NCBI GenBank assembly: GCA_964529155.1
Contig: CAZGVV010000016.1
Location: forward strand, 1-32,514
DNA: 32,514 nucleotides
From: an uncultured Rickettsiales bacterium
GTDB lineage: Bacteria > Pseudomonadota > Alphaproteobacteria > Rickettsiales > SXRF01
Direction: 5' to 3'
Part shown: positions 18,393 to 27,074 of the stretch, piece by piece
How positions within the stretch are numbered: the stretch's first letter is position 1
How the letters are laid out: each line of letters starts with the position of its first letter
Notes under the pieces: model-generated
The model's input: only the letters and a program-made list of their open reading frames with translations
Databases searched by the model: none
What the model was told of the DNA's origin: nothing
Position numbers and translations under genes: made by a program

Positions 18393-20149
18393 AATAAATC
18401 CTTCGTCTTCATCTCCGGCGCTTTTTCCTGTGGGCCGAGTAGCAGCTCATAATGCGCCGCGCCTGCCGGGATCATGGGGTAGACGTTTTCCTTGGGGTCT
18501 ACGTGCATATCCACCAACACGGGGCCATCAATTGCTAGCATTTTCTTAATGACTTCGTCAACGTCGTTGACCGAAGTAGCGCGCAGGCCGGTGATGCCGT
18601 AAGCCTCTGCTAATTTTACGAAATCGGGCAAGGAATCCATGTAGGACTCGGAGTAGCGATTGCCGTGGAACATCTCCTGCCATTGGCGCACCATGCCCAT
18701 GTAGTGATTGTTTAATATAAAAATTTTAACCGGTAAGCGGTATTGGGCGGCGGTGGAAAGTTCCTGGATGTTCATCATGAACGATGCTTCACCGGTGACG
18801 CACACGGTGAGCGCGTCCGGGTGAGCGATTTGCACGCCGATGGCGGCGGGGAAGCCATAGCCCATGGTTCCCAATCCTCCACTGGTCATCCAGCGGTTAG
18901 GTTTGTCGAAATGCAGGAACTGCGCCGACCACATCTGGTGTTGGCCGACATCGGTGGTGATGTAAGTATCACGGCCACTTTCACGGGTGAGGGCATCCAG
19001 ACGGGCGAGGGCATGCTGGGGTTTGATGACATCGCCGGTTTGCGCGTAGGAAAAGCTTTTTTTGGCGCGCCAGCCTTCAATTTTCTGCCGCCAGGGCCCG
19101 AGGTCCGGGCCTTTAGGTTGTTGTTTCCACTGCGCCAGCATGTCGCGCACCACATTGCCTGCGTCGCCGACGATGGGTACATGCACGCGGACGTTTTTAT
19201 TGATGGAGGAGGGGTCAATATCCACCTGGATTTTGCGGGAATGTTTGGAAAATGCATCCAAGCGTCCGGTGACGCGGTCATCAAATCGCGCGCCGATAGC
19301 GATCATCACATCGCATTCGGCCATACACATATTGGCTTCAAGCGAGCCGTGCATGCCCAGCATGCCGAGGAATTGTGGATCAGATGCGGGGTATGCGCCA
19401 AGGCCCATGAGTGTGGTGGTGCACGGGAAGCCGGTGGCGCGGATGAGTTCGGTGAGCGTGGCGCAGGCTTCCGGCCCGGCATTGATGATGCCGCCACCGA
19501 CATAAAATACCGGGCGTTCGGCATGTTGCATCATGCTAATGGCGCGCGCGATGAGTTCCGGTGCGCCTTCAGTTTTTACTGTATAGGAGGCGCGCGTCGC
19601 ATGAATTTTTCCGCCATATTCGGCAGCCTGGTTCATGAGGTTTTTGGGTAGATCGATCACCACCGGCCCCGGCCTTCCGGTGCGGGCGATGTGGAATGCT
19701 TCGTGAATGGTTGGCGCGATGTCGGCGGCATTTTTCACCAGGTAATTATATTTAGTACAAGAGCGCGTGATGCCGGTGGTATCTGCTTCCTGAAACGCGT
19801 CGGAGCCAATCAAATGGGTGGGTACCTGGCCGGTTAGGCAAACCAGCGGAATGGAGTCCATCAACGCATCGGTGAGGCCGGTGACGGCATTGGTTGCGCC
19901 GGGGCCAGAGGTGACGAGCACCACGCCCACCCGCCCGGTCGAGCGCGCATACCCTTCCGCCGCATGGGTGGCGGCTTGCTCATGGCGCACCAAAATATGG
20001 CGCAGCCGATTTTGGCGGAAAATGGCATCATAAATAGGAAGTACCGCCCCGCCAGGGTAGCCAAATATGACGTCCACGTCTTCAGCCAGTAAGGCTTTAA
20101 CGATGACATCGGCGCCGGTGAGGGGGGGGGTGGGGGTAGGTGCTGACAT
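18389..20149 (-). CDS. ilvB: acetolactate synthase large subunit
   Basis: It is a 586-aa ThDP enzyme with the motifs GYPGGAVLPIYDA and GLGTMGYGFPAAIG. Confidence 0.93.
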   Translation of the reverse strand: MSAPTPTPPLTGADVIVKALLAEDVDVIFGYPGGAVLPIYDAIFRQNRLRHILVRHEQAATHAAEGYARSTGRVGVVLVTSGPGATNAVTGLTDALMDSIPLVCLTGQVPTHLIGSDAFQEADTTGITRSCTKYNYLVKNAADIAPTIHEAFHIARTGRPGPVVIDLPKNLMNQAAEYGGKIHATRASYTVKTEGAPELIARAISMMQHAERPVFYVGGGIINAGPEACATLTELIRATGFPCTTTLMGLGAYPASDPQFLGMLGMHGSLEANMCMAECDVMIAIGARFDDRVTGRLDAFSKHSRKIQVDIDPSSINKNVRVHVPIVGDAGNVVRDMLAQWKQQPKGPDLGPWRQKIEGWRAKKSFSYAQTGDVIKPQHALARLDALTRESGRDTYITTDVGQHQMWSAQFLHFDKPNRWMTSGGLGTMGYGFPAAIGVQIAHPDALTVCVTGEASFMMNIQELSTAAQYRLPVKIFILNNHYMGMVRQWQEMFHGNRYSESYMDSLPDFVKLAEAYGITGLRATSVNDVDEVIKKMLAIDGPVLVDMHVDPKENVYPMIPAGAAHYELLLGPQEKAPEMKTKDLL

Positions 20150-20163
20150 GAGTTACACTGAGT

Positions 20164-20547
20164 TTAGGTTAAGGATAACGGTTGTGCATGCTGGCGTAAG
20201 AATGGTTCAATCGTTTTCATTTCAAAAGTATGTTTTTCAAACATTCCCATTATCCAAGCATAGATAATTTCGCTGGAAACACCTAGTCGGTAATGATTAA
20301 TACGTAAAAAAACATCCATTGCAGCAAAGGGGGCTCGTTTATTTCCGTCAATAAAGGGGCGATTAAGGGCTAAACTTTCCAATAATGCCGCAGCTTTTTC
20401 AATAATATCAGTATAATAGCCGGTTTTAGGTCGAAATACGGCTGATTCCAACGCCCCTGCATCCCGGAGTCCAGGACTTCCGCCATAACGCTTGACTAAA
20501 ACAGCGCGCAGGCCAACTACATCGGCAACGGTTAAGTAATCCGTCAT
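20164..20547 (-). CDS. Doc (death-on-curing, Fic-fold) family toxin with an altered motif
   Basis: It contains RYGGSPGLRDAGALESA and the Fic/Doc motif region NRPFIDGNKR, in 127 aa. It abuts the upstream antitoxin gene (TAAATG). Confidence 0.82.
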   Translation of the reverse strand: MTDYLTVADVVGLRAVLVKRYGGSPGLRDAGALESAVFRPKTGYYTDIIEKAAALLESLALNRPFIDGNKRAPFAAMDVFLRINHYRLGVSSEIIYAWIMGMFEKHTFEMKTIEPFLRQHAQPLSLT

Positions 20548-20766
20548 TTATGTGGCGAGGTTGGTGTATAAGGTGTCAAACTCTTGAACACTGGAAGCAA
20601 GGGCTTCCATTACGTGCCGACGTGGTTTATCGCTACGTTTTTTTTCAAAATCGCGAAGAGCTTCATCCAGCACGGACTGTAGCTGACGGCCTTCTTGCGC
20701 GGCGATGGTTTTGACAGCCGCTAATACCTCTAAATCTATTTGAGAGGAGAATTTTGTTGGGTGCAT
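20548..20766 (-). CDS. putative ribbon-helix-helix antitoxin partner of Doc
   Basis: It is a 72-aa ORF directly upstream of Doc. The N-terminal beta-strand/helix pattern (KFSSQIDLEVLAAVKTIAAQEG) is RHH-like. Confidence 0.65.
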   Translation of the reverse strand: MHPTKFSSQIDLEVLAAVKTIAAQEGRQLQSVLDEALRDFEKKRSDKPRRHVMEALASSVQEFDTLYTNLAT

Positions 20767-20772
20767 AGTGTA

Positions 20773-20800
20773 AATATGTCTTAATAGTAATTTTTGTCAA
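20773..20800 (-). promoter_or_regulatory. candidate promoter of the RHH-doc module
   Basis: On the minus strand: TTGACA (20795-20800), a 16-nt spacer, then CATATT (20773-20778), ending 6 nt before the ATG. The direct repeat atcttga-N3-atcttga overlaps the -35 hexamer and the miaA stop. Confidence 0.45.
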
Positions 20801-20806
20801 GATGGT

Positions 20807-21664
20807 TCAAGATGCTGGCATTTGATGCCGAAACCACGTCATTTGCCGTTTTGCATAATTCCGCGTGGCTTGCTGGGCGCGGGTGAGTGCCTCGTTGAGG
20901 GGAATTTCTCCGCGCAAATAGGCTCCGAATTCCGGTACGCCGATAATGCGCAGGGCCGGAGCATCCGAAGGGAGGGGCAGCGCCAGTAAATCCCGCACTT
21001 CGTCAAGCGCACCCATGGTGATCATGGCTTCCAGGCGCGCATCGCAGCGGGCGTAGAGCGTTTCACGCGGGAGTTCTACCTTGTGAATTTCAAACTGCTC
21101 CGCCGCATAAGGCGGTGTAGCGCCCACTTCCTGCCAGGCCGAAAGGGGGCGTCCTGTGCCAAGCCATACTTCATAGCCGCGCAGCATGCGCTGGGTATCG
21201 CCGGGTTGCAGGCGTGCGGCGAGAACGGGGTCTATTTCTGCTAAACGGCCATGAAAAGCCGGATTACCCATGGCCTCTAAGTCGCTACGGGCCTGGGCGC
21301 GAATCACGGGTGCAACATCCGGCACTTCAACAATGCCTTGCATCAGCGCCCGCAAATATAAGCCCGTGCCGCCGGTCACCACGGGAATACGGCCCTGAGC
21401 CAAAGCCCAGTCAATCTCCATGCGTGCTAAGCGCAGCCATATGCCGGCGGAACAGGCTTCATGGGCCGACAATGCACCGTAGAGCTTGTGCGCTACTTGC
21501 GCTTCTTCTTCCATGCTGGGACGAGCAGTTAGTATCCTGAGTTCTCTATACATTTGCTGGCTGTCGGCGTTGATGATGACACCGCCCCGTTCTTGGGCTA
21601 TACGAAGCGCCAACGCAGATTTACCGCTGGCCGTTGCGCCGGCAACTATAAGGATGGGGAGCAT
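20807..21664 (-). CDS. miaA: tRNA dimethylallyltransferase
   Basis: It has the N-terminal P-loop GATASGKSALAL followed by IINADSQQMYRELRILTARP. Confidence 0.92.
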   Translation of the reverse strand: MLPILIVAGATASGKSALALRIAQERGGVIINADSQQMYRELRILTARPSMEEEAQVAHKLYGALSAHEACSAGIWLRLARMEIDWALAQGRIPVVTGGTGLYLRALMQGIVEVPDVAPVIRAQARSDLEAMGNPAFHGRLAEIDPVLAARLQPGDTQRMLRGYEVWLGTGRPLSAWQEVGATPPYAAEQFEIHKVELPRETLYARCDARLEAMITMGALDEVRDLLALPLPSDAPALRIIGVPEFGAYLRGEIPLNEALTRAQQATRNYAKRQMTWFRHQMPAS

Positions 21665-22529
21665 GTATAATTACATAATTACGTTAATGACCGAACCAGA
21701 GCATAGCCTGAGTATCGAAGAAGTGGAAGCACTGGCGAACGCGCTGGGCGCAACTGAGGTGGAATGGACTGTTCCACCTCTTGCATGTGATCTGTCGTTA
21801 ACGTGTGCGGTTGTGCTGCCCTACATGCCCGCCGACCTTCACCTGCCGCCTTTTATTGATATAGTATTGCAGCCTTTAGCGCATCGTCGAAAAAAACTAC
21901 TTATCGCCGATATGGAATCTACCATTATTCGCAACGAATTTCTGGATGAGCTCGCTGAATTTGTTGGAAAAAAAGCGGAAGTATCAGCCATAACCGCGCG
22001 TGCGATGAATGGCGAGCTGGATTTTGAAGCGGCCTTAAATGCGCGCGTGGCGCTACTGGCTGGTTTACCGGAATCTGTGCTGGATGAAGTTTGGACACGG
22101 GTGGAGTACATGCCTGGTGCGCATGCGCTGCTGGCGGGGATGCGTGCAGAAGGGGCATATACGATGCTGGTCTCCGGTGGTTTTGATGTATTTGCGGCGC
22201 GTGTTGCGGCAGCGTTGGGATTCGACGAATATCGCGCCAATCGGTTGGAAATCATAAATGGAACATTAACCGGTCGTGTCATTCCGCCTGTGTTAGGTAA
22301 GGAAGCAAAGGAAGCTGCCTTGCGCGAAACCTGCGCAGCGCGCGGCATTTTATTAGAAGAAACGCTTGCGGTAGGAGATGGCGCTAATGATGTGCCGATG
22401 CTTGTGTCAGCAGGTCTTGGAGTTGCTTATCACGCGAAGCCCATGGTACGAGAAGCGGCTCATCACCGCATCAATCATTGCGATTTACGTGCGTTATTGT
22501 GGATGCAGGGCATAAAAACCACTGCTTAG
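21663..22529 (+). CDS. serB: phosphoserine phosphatase
   Basis: It has the HAD motifs (LLIADMESTII; GDGANDVPML) and an N-terminal ACT-like segment. I chose the start at MYNYIITLM. The track ORF start at 21486 lies inside miaA. Confidence 0.85.
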   Translation: MYNYIITLMTEPEHSLSIEEVEALANALGATEVEWTVPPLACDLSLTCAVVLPYMPADLHLPPFIDIVLQPLAHRRKKLLIADMESTIIRNEFLDELAEFVGKKAEVSAITARAMNGELDFEAALNARVALLAGLPESVLDEVWTRVEYMPGAHALLAGMRAEGAYTMLVSGGFDVFAARVAAALGFDEYRANRLEIINGTLTGRVIPPVLGKEAKEAALRETCAARGILLEETLAVGDGANDVPMLVSAGLGVAYHAKPMVREAAHHRINHCDLRALLWMQGIKTTA

Positions 22530-22599
22530 TGGTGCCCTAGTGCCTAGCAAGTAAACATCTGCAGGCACAAGGAATAAAAAACCAGGCACTATGCTGTGT

Positions 22600-24093
22600 T
22601 TACGGCTTCTTTTCTTCCACTGGCAGCGTAATAAACGCTGTATCTTTTCCATGCATCACTTTGAGAAGCACAAATTTACGGCTGGCTTTTTTCGCCGCCG
22701 CCACTTGTGCTTTCACATCATCCGGTGATGTGGCAGCCTCGCCGTTTACTTCCGTGATGACGTCGCCTTCCTGCACTTCACGGTGTGCGGCTTCTGACCC
22801 GTGTGTTACGCCGACCACCAATGCGCCACGCGTGTTATCCGCCACATTGTATTGGTCGCGCAGCTGCGGCGTCAATGCGGCGAGGTTCATGCCAAGCAAT
22901 GCTTGTGAGGAGATGTTACCTTTGGGTTTTTGCGGTTTTTCGCCGTTGCCTTCATCATCACCGGAATCCTGCTCGTCCATTTCTTTGAGCGTGGCTTTAA
23001 GGGTGCGCTGTGCGCCTTTGCGCCAGACGATGATGTCTACGGTTTTACCGATTTTCGTTTCGGCTACAACGCGCGGAAGGAAACGCATTTCACTGATGTC
23101 TTTGCCGTCAAATTTCAAAATGACATCACCGGATTTCATGCCTGCGGCTTCGGCTGGGCTGCCTTTGCTGGCTTCCAGCACCAGTGCCCCTTGCGTTTTA
23201 GGAAGGCCCAGGCTTTCAGCCGTTTCATCCGATACTTCTTCGATCTTTACGCCAAGCCATGCGCGGTGCACTCGGCCGAATTGTTTGAGCTGATCCACAA
23301 TTGGTTTTGCCATGTTGGTAGGAATAGCAAAGCCAATGCCAATATTGCCGCCTGACGGTGAGAAAATCGCCGTGGTGATGCCGATTACTTCGCCCGTTTC
23401 ATTAAACAAAGGGCCGCCGGAATTGCCGCGATTGATCGGCGCATCGGTTTGCAGGAAGGCGTCAAACGGTCCTGCGTTGATGCTGCGTTCGCGTGCGGAG
23501 ATAATGCCGTGGGTGACGGAGCCGCCAAGGCCGTATGGATTGCCAATGGCAATTACCCAATCCCCGACACGCATTTTGTCGGAATCTCCAAGCGGCACGC
23601 ATGGCAGGGGTTTGGTGCTGTCAATTTTGAGCAGGGCAAGGTCGGCTTTTTTGTCGCGGCCGATGATTTTGGCTTTGAATTTGGTGTTGTCATGCAGCGT
23701 GGCGGTGATGGCTTCCGCGCCGTCAATCACGTGAAAATTGGTGATGATAAAGCCAGAACCGTCAATGATAAAACCGGAGCCGAGCGAGGTAACTTCGCGC
23801 TCCTGGCCAGCTTCTTCACCGTCTTGACCGAAACGTTTTAAGAAATCGCGGAACGGCGCCATTTTCGGATCATCCTGCATTTGGTCGAGTGGCATGCCAA
23901 ACATTTGCACGCCGCCGCTTTTTACTTTCTGTGTCGTGGAAATATTCACCACCGCCGGCGAAAGCTTATCCACCAAATCGGCAAAGCTGCGCGGCAGGCC
24001 CGCGATGGCGCTGGAAGGTGCTTCCACCGGCGCGGCATAGGCGAGGGGGCAGAGGAACAGAACGCATAATAGGGTGAGAATACGGTGCATCAT
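22600..24093 (-). CDS. periplasmic serine endoprotease DegP/DegQ (HtrA family)
   Basis: It has a signal peptide, the His/Asp/Ser triad context (GNSGGPL) and two PDZ-like C-terminal domains, in 497 aa. Confidence 0.92.
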   Translation of the reverse strand: MMHRILTLLCVLFLCPLAYAAPVEAPSSAIAGLPRSFADLVDKLSPAVVNISTTQKVKSGGVQMFGMPLDQMQDDPKMAPFRDFLKRFGQDGEEAGQEREVTSLGSGFIIDGSGFIITNFHVIDGAEAITATLHDNTKFKAKIIGRDKKADLALLKIDSTKPLPCVPLGDSDKMRVGDWVIAIGNPYGLGGSVTHGIISARERSINAGPFDAFLQTDAPINRGNSGGPLFNETGEVIGITTAIFSPSGGNIGIGFAIPTNMAKPIVDQLKQFGRVHRAWLGVKIEEVSDETAESLGLPKTQGALVLEASKGSPAEAAGMKSGDVILKFDGKDISEMRFLPRVVAETKIGKTVDIIVWRKGAQRTLKATLKEMDEQDSGDDEGNGEKPQKPKGNISSQALLGMNLAALTPQLRDQYNVADNTRGALVVGVTHGSEAAHREVQEGDVITEVNGEAATSPDDVKAQVAAAKKASRKFVLLKVMHGKDTAFITLPVEEKKP

Positions 24094-24192
24094 GGATAAG
24101 CCGAATGGTAATGGATAATGGAAAAAGAGTATGCGCAGTGCATATAAAAAATCCAGTGTAATTATGCTGCGCCAAAAGACATCAGCATTACA

Positions 24193-25092
24193 TTATTTGC
24201 TAGCTTCGCCCGCGCCGCGTTCCATTAATTTCAAAAAACCGCTGTCGGGTGAGAGGACCATGGTGGTGTCGTCGCGGCTGATCGATTTGCGGTAGGCGGC
24301 AAGTGTGCGATAAAATTGATAAAATTCAGGATCTTGTCCTGTGGCATCAGCAAAGATGCGGATGGCTTCGCCTTCGCCCTGTCCGCGCAGAATGTCGGCT
24401 TTCTGTTTAGCGTCAGCGATCAGAATCGTGCGCTCTTTTTCGGCTTGGGAGCGAATTTTTTGTGCATCTTCGGCGCCGCTTGCACGGAATTCTTTGGCTT
24501 CGCGCTCGCGCTCAGTTTGCATGCGGCGGTAAATACCCTCAGAGTTGGCTTCCGGTAGATCGGCGCGCATGATGCGCACATCCGCTACTTCAATACCGAA
24601 ACCTTGCAGATTGCCGTTGTTGCCATGCGATTGCGTATTCACCAGATCACGAATCTGCGCCATGAGCGCGGCGCGTTTTTCAGAAATAACCGCTGCCAAC
24701 GGAACCCCGCCAATCACCTGGCGGAGGCTGGATTCCAATATGGCGTTGAGGCGGCTTTTCATGGTGCGTTCGTCGGTGACGCTTTGCTTGAATTTGAGTG
24801 GGTCAGTGATGCGGTAACGCACGAAAGCGTCCACGATGAGGCGTTTTTGATCCGCGGCGATCACTTCTTTGGGTTCGGCATAAAAATCAAGCAGTCGCTT
24901 GTCATAAAATTCAATGTTTTGTACGAAAGGAAGCTTGAAATGCAAGCCTGGCTCATGCACCATTTTTACCGGGCGGCCAAATTCCAGAATCAAGGCCTGA
25001 TTCGTTTGTGCCACGGTATAAACGGTGGTGTTAAGCAGGATCAGCGCCATGCCTGCCACTACGCCTGCGAGGATGATGTTGCGTTGTGCCAT
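24193..25092 (-). CDS. hflC: protease modulator HflC
   Basis: It is an SPFH/band-7 protein with an N-terminal TM segment, and it overlaps hflK by 1 nt. Confidence 0.9.
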   Translation of the reverse strand: MAQRNIILAGVVAGMALILLNTTVYTVAQTNQALILEFGRPVKMVHEPGLHFKLPFVQNIEFYDKRLLDFYAEPKEVIAADQKRLIVDAFVRYRITDPLKFKQSVTDERTMKSRLNAILESSLRQVIGGVPLAAVISEKRAALMAQIRDLVNTQSHGNNGNLQGFGIEVADVRIMRADLPEANSEGIYRRMQTEREREAKEFRASGAEDAQKIRSQAEKERTILIADAKQKADILRGQGEGEAIRIFADATGQDPEFYQFYRTLAAYRKSISRDDTTMVLSPDSGFLKLMERGAGEASK

Positions 25093-26210
25093 TATTTCGT
25101 TTCCTTCGGCTCAGCGCGGGTAAGCGCGGGAAGTGGCAAATAGGGAACCGTGCCTTTACTGTCCACGATCACCTTATTCATGCCGTGCAAAATGTCTTCC
25201 ATGGTTTCCAGGTAAAGGCGGCGGCGCGTGACATCTTTGGAGGTTTTATATTCACTATACACCTGGCGAAAACGCTCGGCTTCACCGCGTGCACGTGCTG
25301 TTACTTCCTGGCGATAGCCTTCGGCGTCAAGCACCATTTTTCCGGCCTCGCCACGGGCGCGGGGGATGATGTCATTGCGGTACGCAGCGGCTTGGTTGCG
25401 GGCGGTTTCCAAATCAGCACGAGCAGTTTGCACGTCGCGGAATGCGTCGATTACTTGCGTTGGTGGGTCCGCTTTGAGGAGGTTGACGCTGACTACTTCC
25501 ATTCCGCCTTTGTAGCTTTCAAGAATTTCCTGCATCAGTTCCTTAGTGTCTTGCTCCACCTTGAGCTTGCCTTCTGCAAGGACCGTGGCAATGGAGGTGC
25601 TGCCAATCACTTCGCGCATGGCACTTTCGGCAACGGCTTTTACCGTGGCTTCAGGGTTGCGCACGTTGAATAAATAATCCTGCGCTTTAGCAATTTTCCA
25701 TTGTACTTCGAAATTGATGTCGATGATGTTTTCATCACCCGTCAGCATCAGGCTTTCTTCCGGCAAATCGGTCTGGCCGGATTTGCCGCCGCTACGCATG
25801 CCAATTTCCACGCGATTTACCGCAGTAACCCGTGGGGTTGCCACGGTTTCAATCGGATAGGGCATGTGGTAGCTCATGCCTGGTGGTGTTGAGCGTACAT
25901 ATTTGCCGAAGCGTGTTACCACACCTTCTTCGTCGGCGCGTACCAGGTAAATGCCGGACAGTAACCATAATACGACGAATATACCGGCAATGATGCCGAT
26001 CATGCGGCCATTGTTGTTCCCGCCGAATAAATGATTGAGTTTGTCCTGTATGCCGCGCAGCCATGCATCAAGGTCAAAATCAGAAGAATTGGGAGATTTC
26101 CCCGGCGGGCGTTTGTCGCCGCCACCGCCATTGCCGCCTCCATGGGGGCGGCCAGCCGGTGGCTTGCCCCAGGGGCCTTGTTGCTGTCCGTCTTTTCCAC
26201 TCCAGGGCAT
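25092..26210 (-). CDS. hflK: protease modulator HflK
   Basis: It has a Gly/Pro-rich N-terminus, a TM segment and an SPFH domain, and it lies upstream of hflC. Confidence 0.9.
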   Translation of the reverse strand: MPWSGKDGQQQGPWGKPPAGRPHGGGNGGGGDKRPPGKSPNSSDFDLDAWLRGIQDKLNHLFGGNNNGRMIGIIAGIFVVLWLLSGIYLVRADEEGVVTRFGKYVRSTPPGMSYHMPYPIETVATPRVTAVNRVEIGMRSGGKSGQTDLPEESLMLTGDENIIDINFEVQWKIAKAQDYLFNVRNPEATVKAVAESAMREVIGSTSIATVLAEGKLKVEQDTKELMQEILESYKGGMEVVSVNLLKADPPTQVIDAFRDVQTARADLETARNQAAAYRNDIIPRARGEAGKMVLDAEGYRQEVTARARGEAERFRQVYSEYKTSKDVTRRRLYLETMEDILHGMNKVIVDSKGTVPYLPLPALTRAEPKETK

Positions 26211-26273
26211 GGGCCTATCTTCTCGCTTTTTTCATCCTACATATATATAACTTCCTGCAAAGGGTTGCAAGCT

Positions 26274-27023
26274 ATGACAGAGCCATTACGCAAAGCAGTG
26301 TGGAATTTTACGCCAGTGGAGGGTGTGAAACGTATTGTTGCGATCGGTGCCGGAAAAGGTGGCGTCGGAAAATCTACCGTGACCATTGGCTTGGCGCATG
26401 CGTTGAGTGCGCTGGGGCTGCGTGTTGGTGTGCTGGATGCCGATATTTACGGGCCGTCCATGCCCCGCATGTTAGGGTTGACTACGTGCGGGCAGCCTGC
26501 ATTGGCGGAAGGGAAAATGGTGCCGTTCGTTTCGCGTGGCATTGCGTGTATGTCGATTCATTTCATCACTGGCGACACGGCCGCTGTGTTGCGCGGGCCG
26601 ATGATTACCAAAGCATTGCATCAATTACTGCGCTCCAGCAAATGGGATGCGATTGATGTGTTGCTGGTGGATTTGCCGCCAGGCACGGGAGATGTGCAGC
26701 TAAGCCTTGCCCAAGCCGCGCCACTGGATGGCGCAATCATCGTCACCACCCCGCAAGCCGTGGCGGTAGACGACGCGCGCAAGGCGCTTTCGATGTTTCA
26801 AAAAGTGAATGTGAAAGTGCTTGGCGTGGTGGAGAATATGAGCGGCAGTGTATTTGGCGCAGGTGGCGGTGCGAAATTGGCGCAGGAAGCGAGTGCGCCA
26901 CTGCTGGCCACGCTGGCATTGGATGCACAATTGTGTGCCGCGCTGGATGCCGGAGAAGCCCCGCCCGCAGCAGCGCAGTGGGATGTGTTGGCGCGCAGTG
27001 TGGTGCAGGGGATTAAGCTGTAG
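26274..27023 (+). CDS. Mrp/ApbC/NBP35-like P-loop ATPase lacking the CxxC segment
   Basis: It has IVAIGAGKGGVGKST (deviant Walker A), DLPPGTGD and VVENMS. I placed the start at MTEPLRK (26274). The longer track ORF overlaps hflK. Confidence 0.8.
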   Translation: MTEPLRKAVWNFTPVEGVKRIVAIGAGKGGVGKSTVTIGLAHALSALGLRVGVLDADIYGPSMPRMLGLTTCGQPALAEGKMVPFVSRGIACMSIHFITGDTAAVLRGPMITKALHQLLRSSKWDAIDVLLVDLPPGTGDVQLSLAQAAPLDGAIIVTTPQAVAVDDARKALSMFQKVNVKVLGVVENMSGSVFGAGGGAKLAQEASAPLLATLALDAQLCAALDAGEAPPAAAQWDVLARSVVQGIKL

Positions 27024-27038
27024 CCATATAAATTATTC

Positions 27039-27067
27039 TTGCTCCCAAGGCGGGAGCATGGTATGTT
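27039..27067 (+). promoter_or_regulatory. candidate promoter of higBA
   Basis: TTGCTC (27039-27044), a 17-nt spacer containing the palindrome ctccc-aaggc-gggag, then TATGTT (27062-27067), ending 7 nt before the higB ATG. Confidence 0.4.
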
Positions 27068-27074
27068 ATGATTT

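Noticed and set aside
18743-19651. A 302-aa plus-strand ORF antisense to ilvB. Similar long antisense ORFs occur at 13531-14292, 28712-29386, 5823-6368, 6453-7010, 22661-23293, 24604-25143, 25086-25673, 29803-30378 and 30339-30902.
   Set aside because: These are shadow ORFs opposite GC-rich genes that are confidently identified. Their translations are Arg/Ala/Gly/His-rich, low-complexity and carry no family motifs.
21486-21662. The upstream extension of serB (track ORF start at 21486) and the analogous extension of the Mrp-like gene (26031-26273).
   Set aside because: Both extensions lie inside the oppositely oriented miaA and hflK coding regions and translate to low-complexity sequence. The family-typical N-termini begin at 21663 and 26274.
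22540-22568. A possible bidirectional terminator between the convergent serB and degP genes (gtgcct ... aggcac).
   Set aside because: The stem is only 6 bp with a 17-nt loop, and there is no flanking U-run on either strand. That is not enough to call a terminator.
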